A program made the position numbers and the translations under genes. A stretch of 64,000 nucleotides of DNA from the human T2T-CHM13v2.0 reference genome, Homo sapiens, in the NCBI RefSeq assembly GCF_009914755.1, contig NC_060928.1. One strand, written 5' to 3'. The first letter of the stretch is position 1. Every line of letters starts with the position of its first letter. Shown piece after piece: positions 1 through 15,829 of this stretch. The notes below the pieces were generated by a model that did not search any database, was not told where the DNA came from, and saw only the letters and a program-made list of their open reading frames with translations.

Positions 1-460
1 CTTTCTTTTTGACTTCTATGAAACCTCAAGGAGAGGTTTGAAGCAGACCATAAATAATAATTGCCTTGGCCTCTGTAGTTCAGAAACAATTGACAATTAA
101 GATATGAGAGCCATGAAGATTCAGATCAAAGACTCAACATCATTAATATTAAGGTCAATATGAGAACAACATGGCTTGCAATGTCCGTCATGTAGGCCCT
201 TCAAAGATCCTCTCTCCTTTACTCTAATTTGTCCCCACAAACGGTGGAGAATCCCTTGTAGGGGCAGTTCTTATTCCTGGTTAGCTCACCACACCAGCAA
301 GAACAGACAAGAATTTGCCCTCTCAGCAAGAAGCTGACTTGAAAAACTGGGAGAATAGGCTGATTCAATATGTCCTTCCTTCTCTCACTCTCCAGTGCAA
401 GAAATCCAGATCAAGCAGGCATAAGTAGAAAGAAGATGGGTATATTTCTCATTAGAGCTC

Positions 461-1178
461 TGTATTAATTTTCCATTGCTGCATTACAAATTACCACAAA
501 CTTAGGAATATTTAAACCCCTATGAGCTGGCACTTCTATAAGTCAGAAGATTAGAAACAGCATAGCAAAGTTTGCTACTCAGAGTAACAGGCTAGAGTCA
601 AGACTTGGTGCTCATCTGGCACCTTTGTCCCCCTTGTGCACTTTATTTTTTTCTTTTTTTTGATACAGAGTTTCACTCTTGTTGCCCAGGCGTGCAGTGG
701 CATGATCTCGGCTCACTGCAACCTCCACCTCCCAGGTTCAAGCAATTATTCTGCCTCAGCTTCCTGAGTAGATGGAATTACAGGCACCTGCCACCATGCC
801 CAGCTAATTTTTTTGTATTTTAGCAGAGACGGGGGTTTCACCATGTTGGCCAGTCTGGTCTCAAACTCCTGACCTCAGGTGATCCACCCACCTCGGCCTC
901 CCAAAGTGCTGGGATTACAGGTGTGAGCCACCAGGCCCTGTCCCCTTGTTCACTTGCAAGCTCATTGTTGGTGTTGGAAGAATTTAGTTGCTGTAATTGT
1001 TGGACTGAGATCACTGATTTCTTGTTGGCTGCTACACAGGGGCTACTCTCAGTTACAGGAGGCCACACTCACTCCTTGTCCCATGACCCCCCTTACTTTC
1101 AAGTTAGCAACAATACATCAAATGTGTCTTGTGCTTCAAATCTCTAATTTCTGTCTCTGACCTCTACACCCAGATTTT
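461..1178 (-). mobile_element. MLT1-type MaLR LTR fragment, interrupted by an Alu
   Basis: Starts tgtatta...ttgctgcattacaaattaccacaaacttag, the typical reverse-strand MLT1 terminus; similarity resumes after the Alu (gctcattgttggtgttggaagaatttagttg). Confidence 0.7.
642..938 (-). mobile_element. Alu (AluS-type)
   Basis: Full dimeric Alu in reverse with poly-T head; TSD tccccttgt(g/t)cactt on both sides. Confidence 0.95.
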
Positions 1179-2379
1179 TTTTAATTGGCTTTTTACATAA
1201 GAACTGTTTTAAATTTATAGTATCATTGTGAATACAGAATAACCTGGTTCCCAATTATTGATATCTTTCATTAGTATGGGATGTTTGTCACAAATAAAGA
1301 ACCAATGCTGACATATTATTAACTAAACTCCCTATTTAACCAGAACTCTCGTTTTTTTTTTTTTTTTTCTAAGGTATTTTTTTTCTGTTACAGAGTTCAT
1401 CCATTATGCCACACTGTATTTAGTAAGCATGGATTTTAGTCCTCTTGGTCATAACAATTTCTTAGATTTGCCTACTTTTGATGACCTTGACAGTTTTGAG
1501 AACTACTAATTGGGTATTTTGTAGAATGTCCCACAATTGAGGCTTGTCTAATGTTTTTATCATGATGAGACTGGTGCAATGTGTTTATAGATGGAAGACC
1601 ACAAGTAAGAAGCAATCCTTAACACATTTTATCAAGTATACTTACTATCAACGTGACTTATTACCATTGATGTTAAACTTGGCCATTTGGCTTGAGGTAG
1701 TGTTTATTTGTACTTACTTTTTCATTCTCCCATTTCACTACTATATTATTGAAAAGTAAGTTAGAAAATATGGTCCACATGTAGAGATGGAAAGCTAGAC
1801 TTTACCTCTTTCGTGGTAGAGTATGTACATAAACTATTGAAATTCTTATGCATGGAATATTTGTCTCTTCTCTCATTTATTTACTCAGTCATTCATTTAT
1901 ATTTTAGGGACTCATGGATATTTAGTTAACACTTTGGGTTATGGTACAATATTTATTTATCTATTTCATATATCAAATTATTTCAGCTTTAGCCACTGGG
2001 AGCTCCTTCAGTTGGTCCCTGTGTGTGTATATATATGTATATGTAGGTATAAATGTACAGTATATATATCATATGTTTCTTATTTGTTCTGTTTCTTTGG
2101 AGAACCCCAGTCATCCCATCATCATGATTTTTTTTAGCACTTCCTTACTTTCTGACACTACAACTTGCTCCAGGCTCACTGTTTATTTCCTACCCATGTT
2201 AGCACTAGCTAGGACTTCCAGTATATTGTTGAATAGGGGTGGTAAAAAAGGACATCCTTGCCTGGTTCCTGATATTAAGGGGAAAACATTTAGTTTATCA
2301 TCATTAAGTATGATGTTACTTGTAGATTTACTTGTAGATTTTCATAGATATTCTTTATCAAGTAGAGGATGTTCATCTC
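1178..2379 (-). mobile_element. Ancient L1M (3' UTR plus ORF2 RT fragment)
   Basis: Minus-strand translation of ~2205-2275 reads [23 protein letters not shown], matching the L1 RT motif [21 protein letters not shown]; 1180-2180 resembles an L1MC-type 3' end. Confidence 0.8.
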
Positions 2380-2673
2380 TGTTATGAGCTAAACTTTGTC
2401 CCTGCTAAGCAAATGTACACATTGAAGCCCTGACCTTCAGTACCTCAGAATGTGACTATATTTGGAAGTTGAGCCTTTATAGAGGTAATTACGTTAAAAT
2501 GAGTTCATTCAAATGATTTCTAATCCTATCTCACTAGTATGCTTATAAAAATAAAATTTGGTAACACAAGAGACACCAAAGGTGCACATGCACAGAGAAA
2601 AGACCATATGAAGATACAGTGAAAAAGTGACCATTTGCAAACTAAGGAGAGAGGCTTTAGAAGAACCAATTCT

Positions 2674-3040
<367 letters not shown>

Positions 3041-4004
3041 TTATTAAACACTGTAGAAAAGGTGATATTTATTATAAAGTAGCAGATAACTGGGGTGAAT
3101 TGTGTTCTAGTATTTTTTCAGAGGATAGAACTTGCGAGTGATGACCCTGGATATTTAACTGAACCTGTTTCTAAGCAAAGTGTTGAAAATGCAGCCTGGC
3201 ATCTCCTTGCCTCTTCTCATAAAGTGCAAAAGGGTAGACAGAAATGGAAGAAGTCATTGTTTAGCAAAAAAGGAACTAGAACTTGAAGATCTGGAAATTT
3301 TTCAGCCTATCCATATTTCAAAAGATGAGAAAGTATTTTCTGGAGAGCACATGAGGAGTGTATCTAGAAAATCATGTGATAATATATCAAGGTGTGATTT
3401 ATGTATCTAATCAGCCATCTCAACAGAAGCCAAGAATAGTGATTTGAGTGTTACCATCAGAAACACTTTCAGCTTAGACTAACAGGATCAGGAATGGACA
3501 AAAGTGAAGAATGGTTTTCAGACTCTGTGATTTTACATTATAGAAAAATAGAATTAATTGGTTTTGAATATGTGTTATCCTTCAAGAAAGTGGAAGAATG
3601 GCCATGAATATAATTCTCACATTGGCAAGGCTGATACTCTTACCACAGGTCTGATGGATGAGGCTGTCTCCTCCTCAGTTTCAGACAGTGGTACTACCTT
3701 TTGGATGTTCTTAGAAAAGTGGGCCAGGCTGCTGCTTCAACAGGGTCCCAGTAGTAGGGTAGCCACCCAGGGCCTTAAGGATTAGTCTCCTGCCTTGGGC
3801 CTCAAGGGCAGCACTGCTGCCTCAGTGTACCTGGAAGGAGAGATTTTAGGCCTCCAGAAATAATACTCTGGCTCAGTGTTTGTGCCCTGCATCCAGTGGA
3901 GTATTGTTCCTGGAGGTGTAAAACCTGAAAATCTGAAATTTGCTCTGCTAGGTTTTGGGATTGCTTGTGACCCATTACTGCCTTCTTCTTTTTGGTTTCT
4001 CCCT

Positions 4005-4365
4005 TGCATTAGTTTGTTTTCATGCTGCTGATAAAGACATGCCCAAGACTGGGTAATTTATAAAGTAAAAGAGGTTTAATGGACTCACAGTTTCACGTGG
4101 TTGGAGAGGTCTCACAATCATGGTGGAAGGTGAAAGGTACATCTTACATGGTGGCAGACAAAAGCAAATGAGAGCCAAGGAAAAGAGGAAACCCCTTATA
4201 AAACCATCAGCTCTTGTGAGACTCATTCACTACCATGAGAACAGTATGGGGAAACCACCACCATGATTCAATTATCTCCCACAGGGTCCCTCCCACAGCA
4301 CATAGGAATTATGAGCTTTACAATTCAAGATGAGATTTTGGTGGGATCACAGCCACACCATATTA
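4005..4365 (-). mobile_element. THE1 (THE1B/C-like) solo LTR inside MLT1-int
   Basis: ~360 bp, tgcattag...catgctgctgataaagacat...agccacaccatatta; imperfect 5-bp TSD tccct/tcctt. Confidence 0.9.
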
Positions 4366-5375
4366 TCCTTTTTGGGAAGGGGCATGTTTATCCTATACCT
4401 GTCTCACCATTGTATTTTGGGAGCACATAAATTGTCTTGTTTCACAGCTGGAGAGGAATTTTGTCTCATAAGTTTTACCTCAAATCTCACCCACACTTGA
4501 GTTAGATGGTATTTAGATAAAATTTAGAATTTAGAGTTGGTGCTGAAATTTATTAATACTTTTAGGCTGTCAGGATATATTGAATGTATTTTTTTTTTTT
4601 ACATCAGAAGGACATGAATTTGGAGGGTACAGAATGTTATAAACTAAACCATGCTCCCTAAAATTGTTATGTTGAAGTCCCAACCCCCAGTACTCACAAT
4701 GTAATCATATTTGGAGACAAATTATTTAAACAGGTGATTAAGTTAAAGGTCTGTTAGTGTAGGCCCCTAGTCCAATATAACTGGTGTCATTTTAAAAAGA
4801 GAAAGAGCCACCATAGATGCGCATGCATGAAGAAAAGGTCTTGTGAAAACACAGCACAAGAAAGTTGCCATCTGCAAGCTAAGCAGACAGGCCTTGAAAG
4901 AAGCAAATCTGCTGACATTTTGATCTTAGACTTCTAACCTCCAGAACTCTGAGAAAATAGATTTCTGTTGTTTAAGTCATTCAGTCTGTGATAATTTGTT
5001 ATGATAGCTCTTTCAAACTAATATATCAATTTTGCAGGCAATGCCGCCTTCTCATCTTCAGCAGACCCATTTGCTACCCAGGGTCTCAGGGGTGAGGTTG
5101 CCACTTAGGGCCTCAGAGTATATTGGCGTAATTCTTTTTTATCTTTCTTAAAGGCATTAGAGAACTAACCAATGAACCTATATGAGCCTAATACTTTCTG
5201 TTTTACAAAACTATGAATTGTTAATTCAGTGTATTAAATGTAGATAATAGGCCAATATAGATTATCTATTTCTCTTTGTGTGAGTTTTGGTTCATTGTGT
5301 TTTTTTTAAAGAATTTATCCATTTTACTGAGGTTATCAAATTCATAGGTATATATGTGTTTTATTAAATTTTATA

Positions 5376-5674
5376 TATTTATTTATTTTTAGAGAGACGA
5401 TCTTACTCTGTCCTCCCAGGCTGGAATACAGTAGTGTGATCATAGCTTATTATAACCTTGACCTTCTGGTCTCAAGTGATACTCCTGTCTCAGCCCTCTG
5501 AGTAGCTATAACTACAGGTGTGCACCATCATGCCTGGCTAATTTTTGAATTTTCTGTAGAGATGGGGCCTCAGTATGTTGCCCCAGCTGGTCTTGAATTT
5601 CCAGCCTCAAGCTATCCCCTCTCCTTGGCCTCCCAACTTGCTGGGATTACAAATGTAAAATACCTTGCCAGGCC
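5376..5674 (-). mobile_element. AluJ
   Basis: Diverged dimeric Alu with J-type features (gtgatcatagct, tgtagagatgggg). Confidence 0.9.
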
Positions 5675-6989
5675 TACAATAATTCTTTATTATTCTTTTA
5701 ATATCCTTGGAATTAGGAAAGATGACCTCTCTTTAATTTCTGATGTTAATAATTTGTGGCTTCTGTCTTTTTATTGTTGTTTGTATTTTCATTAACCCGG
5801 CTTTCGGTTTGTTTGTTTGTTTTTTTCATTTTTCTCTATTATTTTCCTGTTTTTAATTTCATTGATTTCTGCTCTAATTTTTATTATTTTTAATTATACT
5901 GTTTTTGTTTTAAATTGTTTTTCCTTTTTGTAGTTTCCTATGATGTAAACTTAGATTAGTTATGTTAGATCTTTATTCGTTTCTAATATATGCAGATAAT
6001 TCTATAGATTTCCTTCAAACCACTGTTTTCATTGGTTGCTACAAATTTTGATAAATTGTTTTTAAATTTCCATTTAGTTAAAAATATGTTTTTATTTCAC
6101 TTGAGACTTCTTTGATTCATGCTGTTAGGAGTAACTTTTACAATTTGCAAATGTTTAAGTATGTTTTAGTTATCTTTTTGTTACTATTTTTCTGTACAAT
6201 TACTTGAGGTCTGAGAACATACTCATTTTTTGCATGTTTTTGAATATATTTTGATTTTTTTTAGCTAGAGTGTAGTTTAACTTGGTAAATATTTCCTGTG
6301 AGCTTGAGAAGAATGTGTCTTCTTCTATTGCTGATAGAGTATTATATAAATGTCAACTAAATCAAGTAGATGGAGAGTATTATTGATGTTCAAAAATATT
6401 CATAGTGAATTTTTGCCTCTTTGCTCTAAAAATTATTGATAGGAAGGTGTTGAAGTCTGCAACTATACTAGAAGATTTGCCTGTATTTTCTTTCAGTTGT
6501 ATTCAATTTTGCTTGACATATTTTGATGTTTGATTTTTAATTTGATTGTCAGTTTTGTTATGTATTTTTGGAGAATTTACCTATTTATCATATAGTGCCT
6601 ATTTTATTCCTGAAAGTACTCTTGATCTACTTTGTCTGAAATTGGCATATTTACTGCAACTTTATTGTTAACATGCTATATTTTTATATATTTTTCTTCT
6701 CTTTACTTTTGAACTTACAATTTTTTTAATAGACAATATATAGTTAATTGTTTGGTTTTATTTGCTCTGACAAAATCTGTCTTTTAATTAATGTATTCAG
6801 ATCAATCATATTTAAAGTGATTATTGATATATTAGGATTAATATCAACCATGTTTGTAAATGTCTTATATTCATTGCTAATGACTTCTCTTTTTGCCTCT
6901 TCAGTTTTTAGTTCAGCATTTTATATGATTTCACACTTTTGGCATATAATTTATACTTCTTTAAAAATAGTTTTTGGTTGCTGCCCTAG

Positions 6990-7306
<317 letters not shown>

Positions 7307-7616
7307 AATAAACATTTTTTTAATAATACAAGTCTAAATTCAAACAACACTTGCTGCCCTAGAGTTTACAATAAATATTTTTTAATTATATAATTTTTAA
7401 TAATAATATTTTTAATAATTAAAATATTTTAATAATGTAAGTCTAAATTCAAACAACACTATTCCGCCTCATGTGTAGTGCAAGTACCACATAACAAAGT
7501 ATTCCCTGTTACTACTCATTTCCATGGTATTGTGCCATTAATTTCATTTTTTTATATGTCATGATCAGCTAATACATTGATTGTATCATTACATAAGTTG
7601 CTTTAGATTAATTTAA

Positions 7617-7918
<302 letters not shown>

Positions 7919-8056
7919 ACTTTAGATTAATTTTAAAAATAAAAATAAAACATTTTATTTTACCATCAGTTATTCCTTTTTCAGTGATCTCCTTTTCTTT
8001 ATGCAGATTCATAACATTTCACTCCATTCTTTTTTTGCTTGCATGGTTTCTGATGA

Positions 8057-8441
<385 letters not shown>

Positions 8442-8771
8442 ATTTATTGTACTTCTTATCCCTGTTTATCTATAGGTAAGATTCACTTCCTCCCTCTGGC
8501 ATCTTTCAATATTTTCTGTTTGTCTTTGTCTTTCCACTGTTTGAATATGATATACCTAAATGTTGTTTCTGTTAATTCTGCTTAATGTTCTCTGAAGTTC
8601 CTGGATTTGTGGTTTGGTGTCTGTTATTAATTTGAAAATGTCAGGGCTTTAATATTTTAAATATTTATTCTGTTCCATTCTTTCCATTTTCTCCTTCTGT
8701 TATCCCAATTACACATGCACTGTATATTTTGAGACCATAATTCTCATTCTTGGCTCTTCTGTTTTTGCTTA

Positions 8772-9357
8772 TGTGGGACAGAGAGTTTCTAGGGTGCCAG
8801 ATGAGTTGGTCTCCTGTGTGTGAGGCACCCATGGGGAGCCATGGGCGGCCTCTAAGGAGAAAAGTCTCCTTATTGCCTTCATGTCTTTATACCCCTAGAG
8901 CATAAACGCTCTGCGGCATTCCACAGGTTGCTCCGGGAGATAACACTCCCTGAAGCGGTGGAGTATAATCAAACATCTTGGCTCCTCCTGAAACTCACTC
9001 CCATCCATTTCAATCCCGATAAGTTAAAGATCTTGAGTAGTTTAGACACACGCCTTTACTCAAGGAAATTCACAGAAACCACCACTACTATACATATTAT
9101 TGAATGACTCACGAGTTCTCCTTCACTGATTAATCCTTTTCCTCATCCCTTCCTACCCCTCCCATCTGCCCTAAGAACAAAGAGCTTGTAAATCAATAAA
9201 TTGGGCGGAGCCAAAGAGCTCTGGGCCATGAGCAAGCCTCCAACGCTCCGGTCCCCTGGACCTGCCTTTTAAACTCTTATTCTGTCTCTTTCTAACTTCT
9301 TTGTCTCCGCTGGACTCGGGGTACCCGCTGGGTGGTGTGGGGCTGGCTTCCCCAACA
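8772..9357 (+). mobile_element. HERV-K class solo LTR (LTR14C-like)
   Basis: 586 bp, TGT...ACA termini (tgtgggaca...ccccaaca), perfect TSD gctta, CpG-retaining; matches recalled LTR14C consensus throughout. Confidence 0.85.
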
Positions 9358-10154
9358 GCTTATTTGTATTGTTTCTTCTATTTGCATTTTGAGAAGCTTC
9401 TATTGGCTTGTATTCAAGATTACTAATTCTTCCCTTGGTCTTACTGAGTCTACTATTGAACCCATCAATGATATTTTTCATTTCTTTATACTAATTTTGA
9501 TTACTAACATTTCCTTTTGAATTTTCTGTTAGAATTTTGATCTCTTTGCTTACATTGCCCATTTGCTCTTAATGTTGCCTACTTTTTCAATGGAAGCCTT
9601 GATATCATAGTTATTGTAAATTTCCTTGTAATTAATCTGCATCGTGTCTGAGTAAAACTCTGATGCGTGGTTTGTTTCTTATGACTCTATTTTATTGCTA
9701 TTTGACATGCTTTGTGACTTTTTTGTTGTTGAAAGCTGGGCATATTGTATTAAGTACTAGCAACTGAGAAAAATAGGCCTCTAGTATAAGAATTTGTTAA
9801 TCTGGCTAAGAGTTTGTATTTGTTTAATGTTTGTTGCATAATAGGGTAACAGAAGCTCAAATCTTTCTGGTATCTGTATTTTTATCTTTCAACTTGACTT
9901 TGGTCTTTACTAAGTACTCTTCTTCAGAGAAAGCATATTTTCTCCAACTCTTTAAGCCATAATCACTTTCGTTTTGTGTCTGTGAAAGACTGGTAGTTCA
10001 CAGATGGGAATGGTCCATGGCTCACACTGTGAATCACATTGATATAGTAATCTGATCCCAGGCCATCTCCTCCCCTCCTGCTCATCTCATTGCAACCTCC
10101 TTTTTTTTTTTTTTTTTTTTTTTTTTGAAAATTGCACGTGCTTGGTCTTCTTGT

Positions 10155-10705
10155 ATCACACATTTTTATTTATTGCTATGTAACAAACTACCATTAATTT
10201 AGCAGCACAAAATTACACACATTTATTATTTTACAATTTCTGTGAGGAATCTGGGCATGCCTTATTTTGGGTCTCCCAAAGTGTCATCAAAGTTTTTATC
10301 TGAGTTTGAGGTCTTCTTCCAAACTCATTGTGGTTGTTGGCAGAATCTGGCTCTGTGAAGTTGTAGCACTGAGACCCTCATTTCCTAGGTAACACCTACA
10401 GTGCTCTGCTATGTGGCCCTCTCCACTGGCAGTGACAACGTAGAAAATTATTCCCCAAAGCCAGCAAGAAGGAGTCTTTTCCTGCAGTCTGCTAAGGTGG
10501 AGTCTTATATAACATAACATACACACAGGAATCACATTCCATCATCTTTGTCATATAATGTAACCTAAAAAATGGCACTCTATTATATTTGCCATATTCA
10601 TTAGTTAGAAATAAGTTGTAGGTTCCACCTACACTCAACAGGAGGAGATAATACAAAATCGTAAATACACAGAGATGGGAAATCATTACTGGTGACCTTA
10701 GGATC
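10155..10705 (-). mobile_element. Old MLT1 LTR (MLT1E/F-like)
   Basis: tattgctatgtaacaaactacc...gttgttggcagaatctggctctgtgaagttgtagcactgag. Confidence 0.75.
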
Positions 10706-10714
10706 TAAGTGGGC

Positions 10715-11010
10715 TCACCTCAGAGTCTTCGCATTTGCTTTTCCCCTCCTTTCTTTCAGGTCTCTGTTCAAATGTCACATCCTCATAGACTCCTAAATGC
10801 ACCCTGTTTCCTAATATAGCCATGTCCATCACAGTCATTGCTAGTCTGTTACTCTATTTTATTTTTCTTCAGAGCACTGATCATCCTCTGACATGATAGG
10901 TTTACTTGTTCAAAATCTGTTTCCTCTTTTAGATGTAAGCTGATTTCAATATGTAAGAAATTAATCTGCCATACAGCACATGTTAAAAAATGTTTGTGGA
11001 CTGATTCAGT
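10715..11010 (+). mobile_element. L2 3' end fragment
   Basis: tctgttcaaatgtcacatcctc...tagatgtaagct, typical L2 3' motifs. Confidence 0.6.
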
Positions 11011-11139
11011 AAAAAAAAAAAAAAGTTTGCAGGAATTATCACCAAAGCCTGTCTAATTTGACCCATTCATTTTATCACTAGATTATAACAATGCAAGTTG
11101 ATGTTAATGTTTAATCTTGTCTCTTTTGTGAAGCAGCAA

Positions 11140-11515
11140 GCAGAGACAGATGGTATAGCAGAAATAGTAGCAGGCTTTAGGACAGGATAGACTGAAATCA
11201 AACTCAGGCTGTTACTACCTTTGTGGCCTAAGAGGTTAATTTCTCTGAATTCCAATTAAAAGATCAAAGAAAACAGTGCCTTCTTTCTGTCAGGTAGATT
11301 TGGGTTTTAATCATAGATCCACTACATACTAGTGTAACTTTAGAACAGTTTCTCGGGTTTTTAGAGGCATAATGACTTCATCTGTAAGATGGGTCATAGT
11401 AATAATTTCTCCCATGTAGGATGACTGTGCGGTTAAATGGATACCTACATAAGAATCACCTACCCTGGTGATGGAAACATTATTTGTAGTCAGTATAAGT
11501 TAGCTTTTATTAATA
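11140..11515 (+). mobile_element. Two MIR fragments
   Basis: MIR-like core (ttcatctgtaagatggg...ggatgactgtgcggttaaatg). Confidence 0.6.
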
Positions 11516-11664
11516 TGAATACTTTTATACATATTGATATAATATACATGATTATATTGTCAACATCAATATAATTTCAATGGCATAAAATGTGTTAAAT
11601 AGTATCCATTATCTTCTTACATCTTTCATTTGGAAACAGCATAGAGATAGATATAAGAATAACA

Positions 11665-11975
<311 letters not shown>

Positions 11976-12267
11976 GTAAAAACTACCATTTATAGAAGAA
12001 TTTATTATAAGCCTAAGCAACTAGATGATTAACAGGTGATAAACAGGTGTTGACATTCTACATTTAGCTAACTCTTCTGTGGAACTTTGAGAAAAACACA
12101 TAAATTACTATCTATTAGTTTTAAACTATGGGATGTTGCTGTTCAATGAGTATACAGTTTCAGTTGTGCTTATAGTTTACAGTACAGGATAGTACATTAA
12201 AGATTGAGAGGGTAGATCTCATGTTACTTTTTTTACTGCAATAAAAATGCATATATATATATATATA

Positions 12268-12558
12268 ATTTTTTTTGAGACAGGGTCTCGCTGTGTTGCC
12301 CATCCTGGAATGCAGTGGCACAATCTTGGCCCACTGCAGCCTCTGCCTCCCAGGTTCAAGCAATTCTCCCACCTCAGCCTCCTGAGTAGCTGGGATTACA
12401 GTGGCGCACCACCACGCCTGGCTAATTTTTGTATTTTTAGTAGAGAAGGGGTTTCACCATGTTGGCTAGGCTACTCTCGAACTCCTGACCTTAGGTGATC
12501 CACCTGCCTTGGCCTCCCAAAGTGCTGGGATTATAAGCATGAGCCACCATGCCCACCT
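12268..12558 (-). mobile_element. AluS
   Basis: Full reverse Alu. Confidence 0.95.
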
Positions 12559-12819
12559 GTAAATATTTTTATTATTTTCTAAAAATCTGCTCATAGTATC
12601 TCACAAATTATCTGTTCCTATGTAAGGGCAGATCAAACAAAAACTTTAAAGAGTCATTTTTTTTTTTTTACTCCTAAGCCATATAAAATACTCATAAAAT
12701 TATGATTATAGAGTACTATTTTATTTTACCTTGATTTATTATTACATAGAGTCTGTGAAATTCTTCATTACTTTTGAAATACTATTTAATTAAACTTTAG
12801 TGTTCTGACAAAGAAAGAA

Positions 12820-13630
12820 TGAGGGGGAGTTCTTTTCTGTAAAAACCAAAAGCCAAACCAAAACAAAAACCCAGTTAATATGTGGAGGAAGCTAGATAGA
12901 TTTCAAAAATAATCATTCAGCCCCCTTAAATAAAGTAATTAGTTTAGGCAGTTGTAATCAATGGATAAAACTCTTAGATGGAAATTGATGATGAACTTTA
13001 TTATGGAATCATCAGACAATCTCAACCTGGACCTGTAAATAATCTTAGCCCCACTAAAAGTGGGATAAACAGACATGTGTGAGTTGATGTACCTTACCAT
13101 TTATGAACTACTGTTTTAAAAAATGTGAAGTTAATCAAGCTTCTAGAAGAAATTTTTGTTCCAAGGGACAACTCACACGGTGTCTGCAATAAGTCAAAGA
13201 CATGAAAAAAAAAAAAAGTCATGAGGAATGGACCCAACCAAGCTTAACAGTAGTCTCTGTTCAGATCCTGATATGAACAAACCAACTGTGAAAGCACATT
13301 TTGATATACTTTAGAAAATATGAAAATGGGCTGAATGTTAAAGGAATATTGAGAATATTGCTAATTATTCTTATTTACAATAGTGTGATTTGAGAGAAAG
13401 AAAATGCTTATTTTGAAAATATTATTTGTGAAGTGCATAGAGTTGAAATGATAAAACATCTGAAATTGGCTTTAAAATATTTCATTGCAGAGGATAAAAG
13501 TCAAAAGGGAAAACGAAACAAATACGACCAAATCTTGAAAAATGTCGAGTTCAGTGACATATGGAAATACTTTATATTGGTTTACTGTCACACATGTTCA
13601 TATATTTTAATTAAAATAAAAAAGAAAACA
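12820..13630 (+). mobile_element. Old L1 (L1MC/ME-type) 3' end
   Basis: cagatcctgatatgaacaaaccaactgtgaaagcacattttg and an A-rich end. Confidence 0.55.
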
Positions 13631-14479
13631 AAGTAAAACCCACTCTATCTCTAGAATATGGACTTTCCACTATGGTTAAGATTTCCATATGGTTAAGGTC
13701 TCTGTTCTTAGAGACCTTTTACCTGACTGGAGTGTCCATTCACATGCTATCCTCAGTCTGAGTGTGGGATAAGTGTATCATCCTCTTCACAAACTCCTTC
13801 TTCCCTTTTTCTTTAGTCTTATAAATCATACAGTGAGCATCATAGTCTCCCCTTCTTGCATTAGCGTAATCTCAATTTCTGACTATTCTGAGCTGTCATG
13901 AGAGCATCGCAATGCATGAACTGAAGTCCTAAGCCCTGGTCCTTGCACACATTCCTGTGCTAAAACATGGATTGTGATAATCATGAAATAATTTGTTGAA
14001 AATCAAGAAAGGAATAACAGTTTTTATTTTTAAAGAATAAGGCTTTGTCATTACAGGTCAAGGAATTAGGGGAAAAATAGCCCAAAGGCCTTTGTGAGCC
14101 CAATAAACTTTAGATTGCTAAGGATAATCAAGAGACTAGCTTGCTTATTAATTATAGCAATGAAAATAATAACCAGTTTCTTTTCATTCAGTTTATACTA
14201 GGCACTGGGATGAGGAACTTAGAATCATCATATCATTTATTTCCTGCAATAATCCCTCAATATGGTCTATAGGAATGTTCATATTTCACAATGCTTAATT
14301 AACTCATACAAATAGAACAACTACAAAGAGAAGGAGCCAGGATTTTGCCCCAGGTCTGATTCCATAGCTCCCATTCTGCTTAAAACAAATAGAGAAAATA
14401 AATTTGTCTCCCAAAATGTGAGAACCTCCATTAAGTCCAGAAACAGTTTTTTAAAAAGGACACTTTTTAAATTTTATTT

Positions 14480-14950
14480 AATCACTATTCACTCATTGTC
14501 TGTTATGTGTCAGGTCTTGTGCCAATATTAGAAGCATAGTGATATATATGACCTGGTTCCAGCTTTGGGGAGCTCAAAATTTAGTTGATGAGACACACAA
14601 TTTCATCATCAGAATGCAATATTATAGGTGTTAAAATCGAGGTGGATAAAGTGGTTGTTTTTCTGTCTTTCAGTTTGCCTGGGAGTCATACTTCAGAATA
14701 AGGGCTAAAATTGGGGTCTAAGAAAGGTGTGAATAAGGAAAACATTAAATACTTTTACCTAAAAGAGAGTTGGGAGAGACAGTTTAGGGGACAAGTTACT
14801 GAATAAGAAAAATTAGTAAGACGTCAGCAGGGCATAGAGTGGCAGAGGTAAGCAAGAGAATGGAAGGCTCACGGAGTTCACATCCCACAGGACCGAGAAG
14901 AGCTGAGGTGTGGATCTGAAGATGGCTGGAGGCCTAATAGGGGTGGCTTT
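14480..14950 (-). mobile_element. L2 fragment
   Basis: attcactcatt...tatgtgtcaggtcttgtgcca...ggagctcaaaatttagt. Confidence 0.55.
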
Positions 14951-15829
14951 TCCCAGGATACCTTGATACCCTTATTTTTTTTTTCAGGCAGACATAGAAA
15001 AAGGTGGTCAGTATGAAAAAAAAAAAAAAAATTACCGAATCTTTTTGACCAGTGCCCAATTTTGAGAATGAATTGTGTGATAAACTATTAAAGACAACCT
15101 TTCCTTGAAACAATTCTATTTTTTTTCTTTTTTAGTAGGGAACCAAATATCTATATACTTGGACTGTACTTTGATCTTACCATGTTAAGGGAAGTAAAAC
15201 CCACTACACTGTTTTATAAATGAGTCGTTCCTTCAGAATGCCACCTGAGCCCGTTGGCAAGCACAAAGTCTGCTTGTGATGCCAGCCCTGGCCATGGCAG
15301 ATAGCGGGGATAATAGTAATTGCTCTTTCCAACCCTTTTGGAAGTTTCCAAGCTGTCTTTGGCATCTGCTCCATTCATGCTCCACTGGCAGCAAGGGAGT
15401 AAGGGATTTTGAAGATACTATTAACATTTTTTGCCAATTAGGAAATGTGTGATCAAATAATTGCCCTAAACTATTCAAGATGGCCCACCTCAGAGAGCTG
15501 GATTGAAGCAATGGAAAGCTGCCTGTACTTCACCTTAGAAGTGGAGCTTAACGCATGATACAGTGTTACATGAAAAATGTAACTTATGAAAGATTCTTCG
15601 GTGTTTGTTGCTCGACGTGATTTGGAAAAAAATCAGCTTATTTGATCATTCTTTATTCAACTCAGTATCCTGGCAAAATAAACTATTCCATTTTCTCCGT
15701 ATATTAATATAACCTGGCATGCCCTACTTCAGTGCCCATAATGATTCTCTTTCCTCCATAAGGGAGATGTGTTCCTTTCATCTTAACCTTTTTAAATGTT
15801 GTTTGTTCCATCCACACCTGAATTAATTC

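Noticed and set aside
1941-2387. 148-aa ORF
   Set aside because: Antisense reading of old L1 sequence.
13663-13698. Small direct repeats (tttcca(c)tatggttaag x2; also tacttgtagatt x2 near 2317)
   Set aside because: Ordinary slippage duplications.
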